DNA of 64,000 nucleotides from Caecitellus pseudoparvulus (taxonomy: Eukaryota > Protista > Bigyra: Bicosoecida). The first letter of the stretch is position 1; the number at the start of each line of letters is the position of its first letter. The position numbers and the translations under genes were made by a program. The stretch covers positions 1,415,545 through 1,479,544 of the forward strand of contig CBFFRQ010000068.1 in the NCBI GenBank assembly GCA_965644315.1, given 5' to 3'. This document shows positions 13,001 to 26,000 of the stretch, one piece after another. The notes under the pieces are model-generated. The model searched no databases, had not been told where the DNA came from, and saw only the letters and a program-made list of their open reading frames with translations.

Positions 13001-14155
13001 CGCACGACTCGGAACAGCGCGAGGCGCGATGCGTTGGGATCACCAGACCCCACCAAGTCCCAAGGGAAAATGGAGATGAAGTCAACGAAAAACCACGACT
13101 TCATGTATCGCAAGGCAATGCTGCGGTTGTCTGACACTAGCTCATGTGTCACTGGATGGTTGAAGGGCACGAAGAACTGCAGCACGACATCCTGCACGGG
13201 GCAGCGCTCGACAAAGAGAGTGTGCAGCGCAAGGTCGCACGCGACCATCAGCAATGGCGCACGCTGGTACGTACCGCAAAGAACAAGACGTCAATGAACC
13301 GGTTGAACACATACATAGCATCTATATCGGTGTTGCTGAGATGGAGGCAGCACGTGCAGGGGTGAGACTTGACAGCAGCGAGGGGCGGGAGTTGTCACTG
13401 CAGGGGAGTTGCTACCAAGGCAGCACGGTAGGCACCACGACTCACTCGAAAAAGGATACCTCTAGCGGGGTGATCATGGCGGTGAACATGAGCAGGGACA
13501 ACATGCTGCACAGAAAGAGGGGCAGTTACGGTGCGAGGCACCAGCTTGCTGCAGAAGTCTCCCTGGCCTCGGCACGCACAACAGGTCCCAGCGTTTCATG
13601 GTCTGGGAGTGCGGGTCCAGAGTGCAGCTGACCGTCTCCTCCACGATGACCAGCGAGTCCTTAGTGGTAATCACGCTGCAAGCAAGCAAGCAGCTCGGTG
13701 ATAGGCGCAGCACGCCGGTGCGGGCCACTGCAGATGCAAGGGCTGCACGCGAGGATAAGGAAGTAACTCTCGCACCTGCTCCGCTTGCCCTTCACGCGCC
13801 TGGAGGCTGGCTTGGATCCTAACAGCTTGCCAGCCTGCTCACTGTGCCGATCCAGCATGGTGACCTTGTATCTTGAGCCCCTCGAGCGGTTCTCGCCATT
13901 CAACGCAGTCGTGCGGGTCACGAAGCTGCGAGATGGCTCAAGGTCTGGGATGTCTCGCTCCTTCTGCAGGTCAGCAGCGACGCGATCCCAAGCCGCCGAC
14001 GACCGTGATCGACGGTCTTTGCTGTCCAATGAGAGGGTGTTGCCCAGCGTTGGGTTGAACGTCGCCAGTGCCTTGCGCTCCACTGGAGACAGGCTGGCGA
14101 TGTCGAAGCCCTGGTCACCTGCAGACACCCTGCGTGCCCGGCTCGGTGCAGCCAT
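10009..14155 (-). CDS. Voltage-gated cyclic-nucleotide-binding-domain K+ channel (EAG/HCN/CNG-like); several short 5' exons between 13190 and 14155
   Basis: Pore signature TIATIGYGDI, S4 RLALFRVVRLLRLAKLLRVVR, C-linker and CNBD (FIIQRG...GQFFGD). Upstream exons MFTAMITPLEVSF and FNRFIDVLFFA are bounded by GT/AG. The exact start is inferred. Confidence 0.85.
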
Positions 14156-14407
14156 GGCTGCCTGCCCGCGACAATCGCTCCAAACTCGCAAGGTGCAGAC
14201 AGAAAAAGGGAAAATACCTCTGGGCACGCTAGCATGGGCGCTTTCTGCTGAGTGCCGGCCATGTGTGGGGCTAGAGTTTGTTGCCTATCCACAACTGCCT
14301 CCCTCGGCAGACCACAGCGCAGACCCGGAGTGGTGGCACAATTCGCCCCCTCGACTCCAGTGCAGAATGCCGAGAGGCCACAGTCTGGTTCTGGCACGTA
14401 AGTTGTC

Positions 14408-15302
14408 ATGGCTAAGGTGCTCTTTGTGGCATGTGTCGCTGCCGCGGTGGGGGCAGTCAGCGCCCTGCAGTTTGACCTGCCCGCCTCCAACACCAAGGTG
14501 AGCCGAGCCAGTGCCGTGCTGCCGTTGCGGGCATCGACACCCTTCCCACGCACCACCTGCCGCAGTGCGTCGCGGAGGTGATTGGTCGAGATGTGCTGGC
14601 CATCGGAAAGTTCATGCTGGAGGGTGTGCCGGACGGCAGCCCCAGCAACGTCGATGTCAAGGTGAGAAGCCTGCGGAGTGATGGTGGCGCAGGTACAGGG
14701 GAACGCTGTATCCGTGGCTGGCCCTCTCCCTGCTCAGGTGACCAGCCCTGCCCTGGAGACTGAGTACCAGGCCCTTTCAAAGAACAAAGGGAACTTTGCC
14801 TTCACGGCAAAGACCGAAGGCGTGCACAAGATGTGCTTCACCAACACCAGTGAGGACTGGCCTCACTGCACGATCCTGAAATGCCGCTGCCGCATCTACA
14901 CCCCTACACGTCGCAGACACCCGGGAAATTCGAGCCTCAATCGAATTCAGAGTGGGTGTTGACGCAAAGGACTACAGTGAAGTGGCCAAGAAGGAGCACC
15001 TGAAGCCGCTGGAGCTGGAGCTGCGCAAGCTGGAGGACAAGGCCGAGGAAATCTACAAGGAAATGGCCTACCAGCGGGAACGGGAAGAGCAGATGCGCGA
15101 CACAAACGGTGAGCTGCTGGCAGTTTTGCCTTACACGACACCTGTCGCTATTGAGACTGCTGCTGACTTCTCCCCGCCTGCAGAGAGCACCAACTCCCGA
15201 GTCCTGTGGTTCTCCGTCCTGTCCATTGTTGTGTTGCTGGGCATGGGCTCGTGGCAGATCATCTACCTTCGCAGCTTCTTCAAGAGTAGCCAGCTCATTT
15301 AG
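14408..15302 (+). CDS. TMED10: p24/emp24/gp25L family cargo receptor, TMED10 (p24delta)-like; several introns
   Basis: Signal peptide, GOLD domain pieces (CVAEVIG...HKMCFTN), KKEHLKPLELELRKLED, YQREREEQMRDTN|ESTNSRV, a TM helix and YLRSFFK tail. Confidence 0.88.
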
Positions 15303-15319
15303 AATGCATTCGCTGGGAC

Positions 15320-16823
15320 TCACTTGCGGGGCTCCCAAGCCTCCAGCACCATGCCGTGCCCTTGCCCGCCAGCAGCACAGGCGGAGAGGAAAGCATACTT
15401 GCCACCTTCGCGCTTGAGGCGGTTGGCGGCAGTGGTCACCAAACGGGTACCAGTGGCACCAAAGGGGTGGCCGATCGCCAAAGACCCACCCAGCGTGTTC
15501 AGCTTCTCAAAGGGAACCTCACCCAGAGCTCCTGTTGCTCCCGCCTTCTCCTTGGCAAACTTGTCAGAGTTCATGGCGTTCAAGTTGGCGAGCACCTGGC
15601 CAGCGAAAGCTTCGTGAATCTCGAACACGTCAATGTCCTTCAAGGTCAACCCTGCCTTGGCCAGCAGTTTGTACGCCACGTAGGCCGGGCCGAGCAACAG
15701 CTCGTCCTTGGGATCCTGCGACACAAACATACTGTTGCGGAGCACTGCCAAAGGCGTGTAGCCCTTGGCCAAAGCTGCCTCTTCGCTCATGATGAGGCAT
15801 GCAGAAGCGCCGTCCGTCAAGTACGAGCTGTTTGCAGCGGTGTGAGTACCGTGAGGCTTCACAAAGGCTGGCTTCAGCTTCGACAGCTTCTCGCGGGGAT
15901 TGTCTGGCTTGATGCCGTTGTCATACGTGCTGCCATTAAAAGCAACAATTTCGCCCGCCAGCAGCCCTGCCTCGTGGGCCTTGTGCGCATTCTGGTGACT
16001 ACGGTATGCGAAGTCGTCCTGGTCGGACCTGGACACACCGAAAGTGGCTGCCAGCCGGTCAGAGGAGTGCCCCATGACTTCGCCTGCGAGAAGAGATAAG
16101 TGAAACTTGTGTGCAAAGGAAAATAGTGGAAGCTGGCGAAAATCGTACCCGTGGAAAACTCGGCAATGGCAGGGGCCTCAGGAATCAGCCAGGATGGAGA
16201 GAAGCCCTTGAAGAACTTTGGCACGTCTTTCAAGCCCTTGTACCGAGAGGCCTCGATGAGGCGCTGGCGCATCTTCTTCGGGTAGCGAATGGGAACATCA
16301 GACATGGTCTCAACACCGCCTGCAAGCACTGCATCGGCCTGTCCGCTGCTGATCAGCGCCATACCAGAGGAGATGGCCTGGCTGCTGGAGATGCATGCCA
16401 TGGTGACAGTGTGCGCGGGGACAGAGTTGGGAATCCCTGCAGCCAAGCCCACTTCACGAGCGATGTTCGACGTGCGCACTGTGTGGGGGGCGGGAGCAGT
16501 GACAACCAGGCAAAAGCGACGAGCGGAAATAAGCGGAATATGCTGACGTGCACTGCACAAAGTAGACCGAGCAAACACACACCTTCCTGGATGACAGTGC
16601 CATAGACAACATGGTCAAGGTCTGCTGCATCAAATGCTGTGCGAGTCAGAAGGCCCTTCACTGCCATGCGTCCCAGGTCTACAGCCATGAGGTCCTTGTA
16701 CGTGGTGCCAGAGGTTGCGAAAGGCGTGCGCACTCCATCCACAAGCACGACACGTCCGCCGGCGCCGGTGCTAAACGCGCGGGCGACGCTGCGCCCAGCA
16801 GAGGTGGCTGCTCGGGAAAGCAT
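15320..16823 (-). CDS. HADHB: 3-ketoacyl-CoA thiolase, mitochondrial trifunctional-enzyme beta-subunit type; two introns
   Basis: Mitochondrial-like presequence, [22 protein letters not shown] (catalytic Cys), [22 protein letters not shown]. Confidence 0.9.
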
Positions 16824-17004
16824 GGTGAAGCGAGCTTACAGTCAGTCGGACAACATCCACCGTGTGGGCCTGCGAAGGTGTGTATCCGTTCAATGTGAAG
16901 TGCCACAGAACCGCGCCTGCTCACCCTGAGCAAGCCAAAGCCAACCCTTTGCATTGCTGAAAAAGCCAAACACGCTGCAAAGAGGTTCGGAATCAGTCAG
17001 GCAG

Positions 17005-20000
17005 CTACACTCGCCTGCCTGCCATTGCATCTTTTGCACTCTCCCGACCTGAGTCAGCATCGGACAGGACATGCCCCCAGTGCTGCTGGTAGCGAGGAGA
17101 GTACGGGGGAGGGGTGCCCTGTACACCCGTTTCTGGTCCACGGAATCGAGAGACTGTGACCAACAAAGCTCCAGGGGGACCTCTTGCCACGGTTGGCACG
17201 ACATCTGGCCCTTGGTCTTGAAATGGGGGCGACCATGTTCCAAGCCTGGCAGTGCTCCGTGAGGGCGACGCCCGTGCAGCCCGCCCACGCAGTGCGCCAG
17301 GGCGCGGGGACACAGCTTCCACGCCAACTGCAGGGCTTGGTATGCTACTTGTGCCATGCACAGTCACACTATCAACAGCTTGTACCGCCTGTGCTCCATC
17401 CCCCGACATTCCACGAAGTCTACCACCATGAGAACGCAGGGAAGCCTGAGAGGCATCCAACACACTCGCAGGAGGCACTCGCATGCCACTGTGCAACGAC
17501 CTCAACCTTGTGGGGGAGGCTGCCATATGCGCACCATGTCCGCGACGCGGCGAGGGCCCCGCTAACGGGGTGGGGGGCAGCACCTTTGGAGCAGGAAGCC
17601 GGTGAAAGGAAGGGGAGGCACTCACGGAACCACCACGCTGCACCCTAGCCTGGGCATTTGTAGGGCTTGGTGTGCTCTCCATGGGCCCCTTGGACTCTTC
17701 GAAAGTGGCGGCCGCGTCTCTCGCCAATGCGTCTTCAGATTCTACACCTGCCGTCGTGTGCGGTGCGGACAGTCTTGAAGCTGGGCGCACAGGTGGGCTT
17801 CCGAGCGACTGCAATGCCTTTGCACGCTGTTCTAGAGCTTGAGCCTCCAGGCGAGTGGCCTCTGCGGCCACAGTCATGTCCAAGAATGTACGTGCGCTCG
17901 AAGCTGATCGCTGCTCTGACGCTGCGAGTCGAGCACGAGTTTCTTCTAATTCATCGTGCAAAGCCTGCATCGTAGACATGCTGTCTGACATGAGTTGCTT
18001 TGCAGCTGTTGCTTCCGGGGAAGGCATGAGGGCATCCCGCGGAGCAGATCGCGACAAATCCTTCAATCGCTGAGAATGCCCGTGCTCAGAAGGAGCAGGA
18101 GAAGCTGCGGAGCTACGACGAACAGGCGTACGTAAAGGGCACGAGGCCTGGCGGACGCCAAGCATACCTTTGCTGAACAACCGGTCAAATGCTTCCATCA
18201 GATCCTGAACACCTGAAGCAGCACGGTGGAAGGAGCGTGCTGCAGACAATTCAGCAACAGCCTCTAGCTGCCGACGGGCGCCCTGCACTGCCTGCACCGC
18301 ACGGGCCTCCTCGTCACCTGCCCACCGCCCCAGTGCCGCCATGTCCGCGTCGTACTGGCTCTCGATGGCACGCACAGCCACCTCGTCGGGGTTCCCGTCG
18401 CTGTCCAGTGCCACACCACGCAGGGCCTCCACACGTGCATCGCCCAGCGCACGGGCACGCTCCTCACGCTGCCGCCCCACCCGACGCCGCACATCCGCCT
18501 CCGCATCGGCCAGTCGACTGTCCACATCCTCCTGGATGCGCCCCACCTCCACAGCGTGCGCCTCCAGCACACCTCGACTGCCCGCCTCACGCTCCTCAGC
18601 TGCAGACCCCAGACCGCCCAGCGCCTCACGGGCCGCACGCATGACCTCCTCATCGCCTGCCGCACACGCACGCAGGCCCTCCCACTCGGCGTCCTGCCGT
18701 GCCCGCAGACCATCGCCTCGCACTCGCACTTCATCTGCGCTCCACCCCTCAGACTCAGCTGCCGCACGCAGGCGCCGCACCTCCTCCTCGTGCCGTGCCC
18801 GCATGGCCGCCTCACGGGCCTCCCCACGAGACAGCAGTGCTGACCCCAGCTCACCCAGCGCCGCCTCACCGTCGCTGCTGACACGAGCCACCACCCGTGC
18901 CACGTCACGCTCGTGCGCAGCCCGTGCCCGGCCCACCTCGTCAGACACCCGGGCATCCACCCGTGCCACGCCTGCCGCCACCTCGGCCGCGTCCGCCTCG
19001 TCAGCTGACCGCAGCTCACGGGCCAGCGCAGCACGCTCATCTGCATGCCGGGCCCGCACACTGGGCAGCTCCGACACCGACGCAGACCGCACCTCCGCCG
19101 CATGCCGCCGAGCCAGCTCCCCCTCACGCTCCGCACGCCGGGCCTGCCCCCGTGCCGCCACCTCACCACGCAGGGCCGCCTTGTCAAATGCGCCTCGCTG
19201 GTGTGCCGACACCACCGCCTCGCCGTACGCCGCACGCAGACGGGACAGCTCACGGTCAGCGTTGCCACGCACGGCGCTCAACACGCCATCGGCGTCCGAC
19301 CGCACACCCTCCACGTGTGCTGCACTGCTCAGGGACGCGACGTCACCTGCCGCCGCAGACACAGCCTGCACAGCACTGGCATCGCCCCGCGCCACGTCGG
19401 CCTCGGCAGATGCCAGGGCCGCCTGCGCCTCAGACACTGCAGCATGGTGGGCGGCGCCAGATGACACCAGGCCCTCCCCACGCCCGCCATGCCCCGACAG
19501 GCCACTGCCCGACGACAGCACCACAGCATCCAGCACACCGCCACTGCCGCTGCCGCCGCCGCAGCTGCCGCCGCCGCCACTCCAGCTGCCCTCACCACGA
19601 CCTGCCGCAGACAGTGCCGCCTCGTGTGCTGCGCTCCCCGACACCTCCCCTGCCTCGCGACCGCGAGCTGCATCCGACACCCGCAGATCCTGCACCGCCT
19701 CACGCACAGCGCCATCATACGCGGCACGCGCAGACTGCAGACCCTCGTCACGCCGCTCCTCAGACCGCCGCACATCGCCTGCTGCCTCAGACACCAGCGC
19801 ACGCCGAGCGCCCTGCACTGCCTGCACCGCACGGGCCTCCTCGTCACCTGCCCACCGCCCCAGTGCCGCCATGTCCGCGTCGTACTGGCTCTCGATGGCA
19901 CGCACAGCCACCTCGTCGGGGTTCCCGTCGCTGTCCAGTGCCACACCACGCAGGGCCTCCACACGTGCATCGCCCAGCGCACGGGCACGCTCCTCACGCT

Positions 20001-23000
20001 GCCGCCCCACCCGACGCCGCACATCCGCCTCCGCATCGGCCAGTCGACTGTCCACATCCTCCTGGATGCGCCCCACCTCCACAGCGTGCGCCTCCAGCAC
20101 ACCTCGACTGCCCGCCTCACGCTCCTCAGCTGCAGACCCCAGACCGCCCAGCGCCTCACGGGCCGCACGCATGACCTCCTCATCGCCTGCCGCACACGCA
20201 CGCAGGCCCTCCCACTCGGCGTCCTGCCGTGCCCGCAGACCATCGCCCCGCACTCGCACTTCATCTGCGCTCCACCCCTCAGACTCAGCTGCCGCACGCA
20301 GGCGCCGCACCTCCTCCTCGTGCCGTGCCCGCATGGCCGCCTCACGGGCCTCCCCACGAGACAGCAGTGCTGACCCCAGCTCACCCAGCGCCGCCTCACC
20401 GTCGCTGCTGACACGAGCCACCACCCGTGCCACGTCACGCTCGTGCGCAGCCCGTGCCCGGCCCACCTCGTCAGACACCCGGGCATCCACCCGTGCCACG
20501 CCTGCCGCCACCTCGGCCGCGTCCGCCTCGTCAGCTGACCGCAGCTCACGGGCCAGCGCAGCACGCTCATCTGCATGCCGGGCCCGCACACTGGGCAGCT
20601 CCGACACCGACGCAGACCGCACCTCCGCCGCGTGCCGCCGAGCCAGCTCCCCCTCACGCTCCGCACGCCGGGCCTGCCCCCGTGCCGCCACCTCACCACG
20701 CAGGGCCGCCTTGTCAGATGCGCCTCGCTGGTGTGCCGACACCACCGCCTCGCCGTACGCCGCACGCAGACGGGACAGCTCACGGTCAGCGCTGCCACGC
20801 ACGGCGCTCAACACGCCATCGGCGTCCGACCGCACACCCTCCACGTGTGCTGCACTGCTCAGGGACGCGACGTCACCTGCCGCCGCAGACACAGCCTGCA
20901 CAGCACTGGCATCGCCCCGCGCCACGTCGGCCTCGGCAGATGCCAGGGCCGCCTGCGCCTCAGACACTGCAGCATGGTGGGCGGCGCCAGATGACACCAG
21001 GCCCTCCCCACGCCCGCCATGCCCCGACAGGCCACTGCCCGACGACAGCACCACAGCATCCAGCACACCGCCACTGCCGCTGCCGCCGCCGCCGCTGCCG
21101 CCGCCGCCACTCCAGCTGCCCTCACCACGACCTGCCGCAGACAGTGCCGCCTCGTGTGCTGCGCTCCCCGACACCTCCCCTGCCTCGCGACCGCGAGCTG
21201 CATCCGACACCCGCAGATCCTGCACCGCCTCACGCACAGCGCCATCATACGCGGCACGCGCAGACTGCAGACCCTCGTCACGCCGCTCCTCAGACCGCCG
21301 CACATCGCCTGCTGCCTCAGCCACCAGCGCACGACGAGCGCCCTGCACTGCCTGCACCGCACGGGCCTCCTCGTCACCTGCCCACCGCCCCAGCGCCGCC
21401 ATGTCCGCGTCGTACTGGCTCTCGATGGCACGCACAGCCACCTCGTCGGGGTTCCCGTCGCTGTCCAGTGCCACACCACGCAGGGCCTCCACACGTGCAT
21501 CGCCCAGCGCACGGGCACGCTCCTCACGCTGCCGCCCCACCCGACGCCGCACATCCGCCTCCGCATCGGCCAGTCGACTGTCCACATCCTCCTGGATGCG
21601 CCCCACCTCCACAGCGTGCGCCTCCAGCACACCTCGACTGCCCGCCTCACGCTCCTCAGCTGCAGACCCCAGACCGCCCAGCGCCTCACGGGCCGCACGC
21701 ATGACCTCCTCATCGCCTGCCGCACACGCACGCAGGCCCTCCCACTCGGCGTCCTGCCGTGCCCGCAGACCATCGCCTCGCACTCGCACTTCATCTGCGC
21801 TCCACCCCTCAGACTCAGCTGCCGCACGCAGGCGCCGCACCTCCTCCTCGTGCCGTGCCCGCATGGCCGCCTCACGGGCCTCCCCACGAGACAGCAGTGC
21901 TGACCCCAGCTCACCCAGCGCCGCCTCACCGTCGCTGCTGACACGAGCCACCACCCGTGCCACGTCACGCTCGTGCGCAGCCCGTGCCCGGCCCACCTCG
22001 TCAGACACCCGGGCATCCACCCGTGCCACGCCTGCCGCCACCTCGGCCGCGTCCGCCTCGTCAGCTGACCGCAGCTCACGGGCCAGCGCAGCACGCTCAT
22101 CTGCATGCCGGGCCCGCACACTGGGCAGCTCCGACACCGACGCAGACCGCACCTCCGCCGCGTGCCGCCGAGCCAGCTCCCCCTCACGCTCCGCACGCCG
22201 GGCCTGCCCCCGTGCCGCCACCTCACCACGCAGGGCCGCCTTGTCAGATGCGCCTCGCTGGTGTGCCGACACCACCGCCTCGCCGTACGCCGCACGCAGA
22301 CGGGACAGCTCACGGTCAGCGCTGCCACGCACGGCGCTCAACACGCCATCGGCGTCCGACCGCACACCCTCCACGTGTGCTGCACTGCTCAGGGACGCGA
22401 CGTCACCTGCCGCCGCAGACACAGCCTGCACAGCACTGGCATCGCCCCGCGCCACGTCGGCCTCGGCAGATGCCAGGGCCGCCTGCGCCTCAGACACTGC
22501 AGCATGGTGGGCGGCGCCAGATGACACCAGGCCCTCCCCACGCCCGCCATGCCCCGACAGGCCACTGCCCGACGACAGCACCACAGCATCCAGCACACCG
22601 CCACTGCCGCTGCCGCCGCCGCCGCCGCCGCCGCCACTCCAGCTGCCCTCACCACGACCTGCCGCAGACAGTGCCGCCTCGTGTGCTGCGCTCCCCGACA
22701 CCTCCCCTGCCTCGCGACCGCGAGCTGCATCCGACACCCGCAGATCCTGCACCGCCTCACGCACAGCGCCATCATACGCGGCACGCGCAGACTGCAGACC
22801 CTCGTCACGCCGCTCCTCAGACCGCCGCACATCGCCTGCTGCCTCAGACACCAGCGCACGCCGAGCGCCCTGCACTGCCTGCACCGCACGGGCCTCCTCG
22901 TCACCTGCCCACCGCCCCAGTGCCGCCATGTCCGCGTCGTACTGGCTCTCGATGGCACGCACAGCCACCTCGTCGGGGTTCCCGTCGCTGTCCAGTGCCA

Positions 23001-26000
23001 CACCACGCAGGGCCTCCACACGTGCATCGCCCAGCGCACGGGCACGCTCCTCACGCTGCCGCCCCACCCGACGCCGCACATCCGCCTCCGCATCGGCCAG
23101 TCGACTGTCCACATCCTCCTGGATGCGCCCCACCTCCACAGCGTGCGCCTCCAGCACACCTCGACTGCCCGCCTCACGCTCCTCAGCTGCAGACCCCAGA
23201 CCGCCCAGCGCCTCACGGGCCGCACGCATGACCTCCTCATCGCCTGCCGCACACGCACGCAGGCCCTCCCACTCGGCGTCCTGCCGTGCCCGCAGACCAT
23301 CGCCTCGCACTCGCACCTCATCTGCGCTCCACCCCTCAGACTCAGCTGCCGCACGCAGGCGCCGCACCTCCTCCTCGTGCCGTGCCCGCATGGCCGCCTC
23401 ACGGGCCTCCCCACGAGACAGCAGTGCTGACCCCAGCTCACCCAGCGCCGCCTCACCGTCGCTGCTGACACGAGCCACCACCCGTGCCACGTCACGCTCG
23501 TGCGCAGCCCGTGCCCGGCCCACCTCGTCAGACACCCGGGCATCCACCCGTGCCACGCCTGCCGCCACCTCGGCCGCGTCCGCCTCGTCAGCTGACCGCA
23601 GCTCACGGGCCAGCGCAGCACGCTCATCTGCATGCCGGGCCCGCACACTGGGCAGCTCCGACACCGACGCAGACCGCACCTCCGCCGCGTGCCGCCGAGC
23701 CAGCTCCCCCTCACGCTCCGCACGCCGGGCCTGCCCCCGTGCCGCCACCTCACCACGCAGGGCCGCCTTGTCAGATGCGCCTCGCTGGTGTGCCGACACC
23801 ACCGCCTCGCCGTACGCCGCACGCAGACGGGACAGCTCACGGTCAGCGCTGCCACGCACGGCGCTCAACACGCCATCGGCGTCCGACCGCACACCCTCCA
23901 CGTGTGCTGCACTGCTCAGGGACGCGACGTCACCTGCCGCCGCAGACACAGCCTGCACAGCACTGGCATCGCCCCGCGCCACGTCGGCCTCGGCAGATGC
24001 CAGGGCCGCCTGCGCCTCAGACACTGCAGCATGGTGGGCGGCGCCAGATGACACCAGGCCCTCCCCACGCCCGCCATACCCCGACAGGCCACTGCCCGAC
24101 GACAGCACCACAGCATCCAGCACACCGCCACTGCCGCTGCCGCCGCCGCCGCCGCCGCCACTCCAGCTGCCCTCACCACGACCTGCCGCAGACAGTGCCG
24201 CCTCGTGTGCTGCGCTCCCCGACACCTCCCCTGCCTCGCGACCGCGGGCTGCATCCGACACCCGCAGATCCTGCACCGCCTCACGCACAGCGCCATCATA
24301 CGCGGCACGCGCAGACTGCAGACCCTCGTCACGCCGCTCCTCAGACCGCCGCACATCGCCTGCTGCCTCAGACACCAGCGCACGACGAGCGCCCTGCACT
24401 GCCTGCACCGCACGGGCCTCCTCGTCACCTGCCCACCGCCCCAGTGCCGCCATGTCCGCGTCGTACTGGCTCTCGATGGCACGCACAGCCACCTCGTCGG
24501 GGTTCCCGTCGCTGTCCAGTGCCACACCACGCAGGGCCTCCACACGTGCATCGCCCAGCGCACGGGCACGCTCCTCACGCTGCCGCCCCACCCGACGCCG
24601 CACATCCGCCTCCGCATCGGCCAGTCGACTGTCCACATCCTCCTGGATGCGCCCCACCTCCACAGCGTGCGCCTCCAGCACACCTCGACTGCCCGCCTCA
24701 CGCTCCTCAGCTGCAGACCCCAGACCGCCCAGCGCCTCACGGGCCGCACGCATGACCTCCTCATCGCCTGCCGCACACGCACGCAGGCCCTCCCACTCGG
24801 CGTCCTGCCGTGCCCGCAGACCATCGCCTCGCACTCGCACCTCATCTGCGCTCCACCCCTCAGACTCAGCTGCCGCACGCAGGCGCCGCACCTCCTCCTC
24901 GTGCCGTGCCCGCATGGCCGCCTCACGGGCCTCCCCACGAGACAGCAGTGCTGACCCCAGCTCACCCAGCGCCGCCTCACCGTCGCTGCTGACACGAGCC
25001 ACCACCCGTGCCACGTCACGCTCGTGCGCAGCCCGTGCCCGGCCCACCTCGTCAGACACCCGGGCATCCACCCGTGCCACGCCTGCCGCCACCTCGGCCG
25101 CGTCCGCCTCGTCAGCTGACCGCAGCTCACGGGCCAGCGCAGCACGCTCATCTGCATGCCGGGCCCGCACACTGGGCAGCTCCGACACCGACGCAGACCG
25201 CACCTCCGCCGCGTGCCGCCGAGCCAGCTCCCCCTCACGCTCCGCACGCCGGGCCTGCCCCCGTGCCGCCACCTCACCACGCAGGGCCGCCTTGTCAGAT
25301 GCGCCTCGCTGGTGTGCCGACACCACCGCCTCGCCGTACGCCGCACGCAGACGGGACAGCTCACGGTCAGCGCTGCCACGCACGGCGCTCAACACGCCAT
25401 CGGCGTCCGACCGCACACCCTCCACGTGTGCTGCACTGCTCAGGGACGCGACGTCACCTGCCGCCGCAGACACAGCCTGCACAGCACTGGCATCGCCCCG
25501 CGCCACGTCGGCCTCGGCAGATGCCAGGGCCGCCTGCGCCTCAGACACTGCAGCATGGTGGGCGGCGCCAGATGACACCAGGCCCTCCCCACGCCCGCCA
25601 TGCCCCGACAGGCCACTGCCCGACGACAGCACCACAGCATCCAGCACACCGCCACTGCCACCACTGCCGCTGCCGCCGCCGCCGCCACTCCAGCTGCCCT
25701 CACCACGACCTGCCGCAGACAGTGCCGCCTCGTGTGCTGCGCTCCCCGACACCTCCCCTGCCTCGCGACCGCGGGCTGCATCCGACACCCGCAGATCCTG
25801 CACCGCCTCACGCACAGCGCCATCATACGCGGCACGCGCAGACTGCAGACCCTCGTCACGCCGCTCCTCAGACCGCCGCACATCGCCTGCTGCCTCAGAC
25901 ACCAGCGCACGACGAGCGCCCTGCACTGCCTGCACCGCACGGGCCTCCTCGTCACCTGCCCACCGCCCCAGTGCCGCCATGTCCGCGTCGTACTGGCTCT

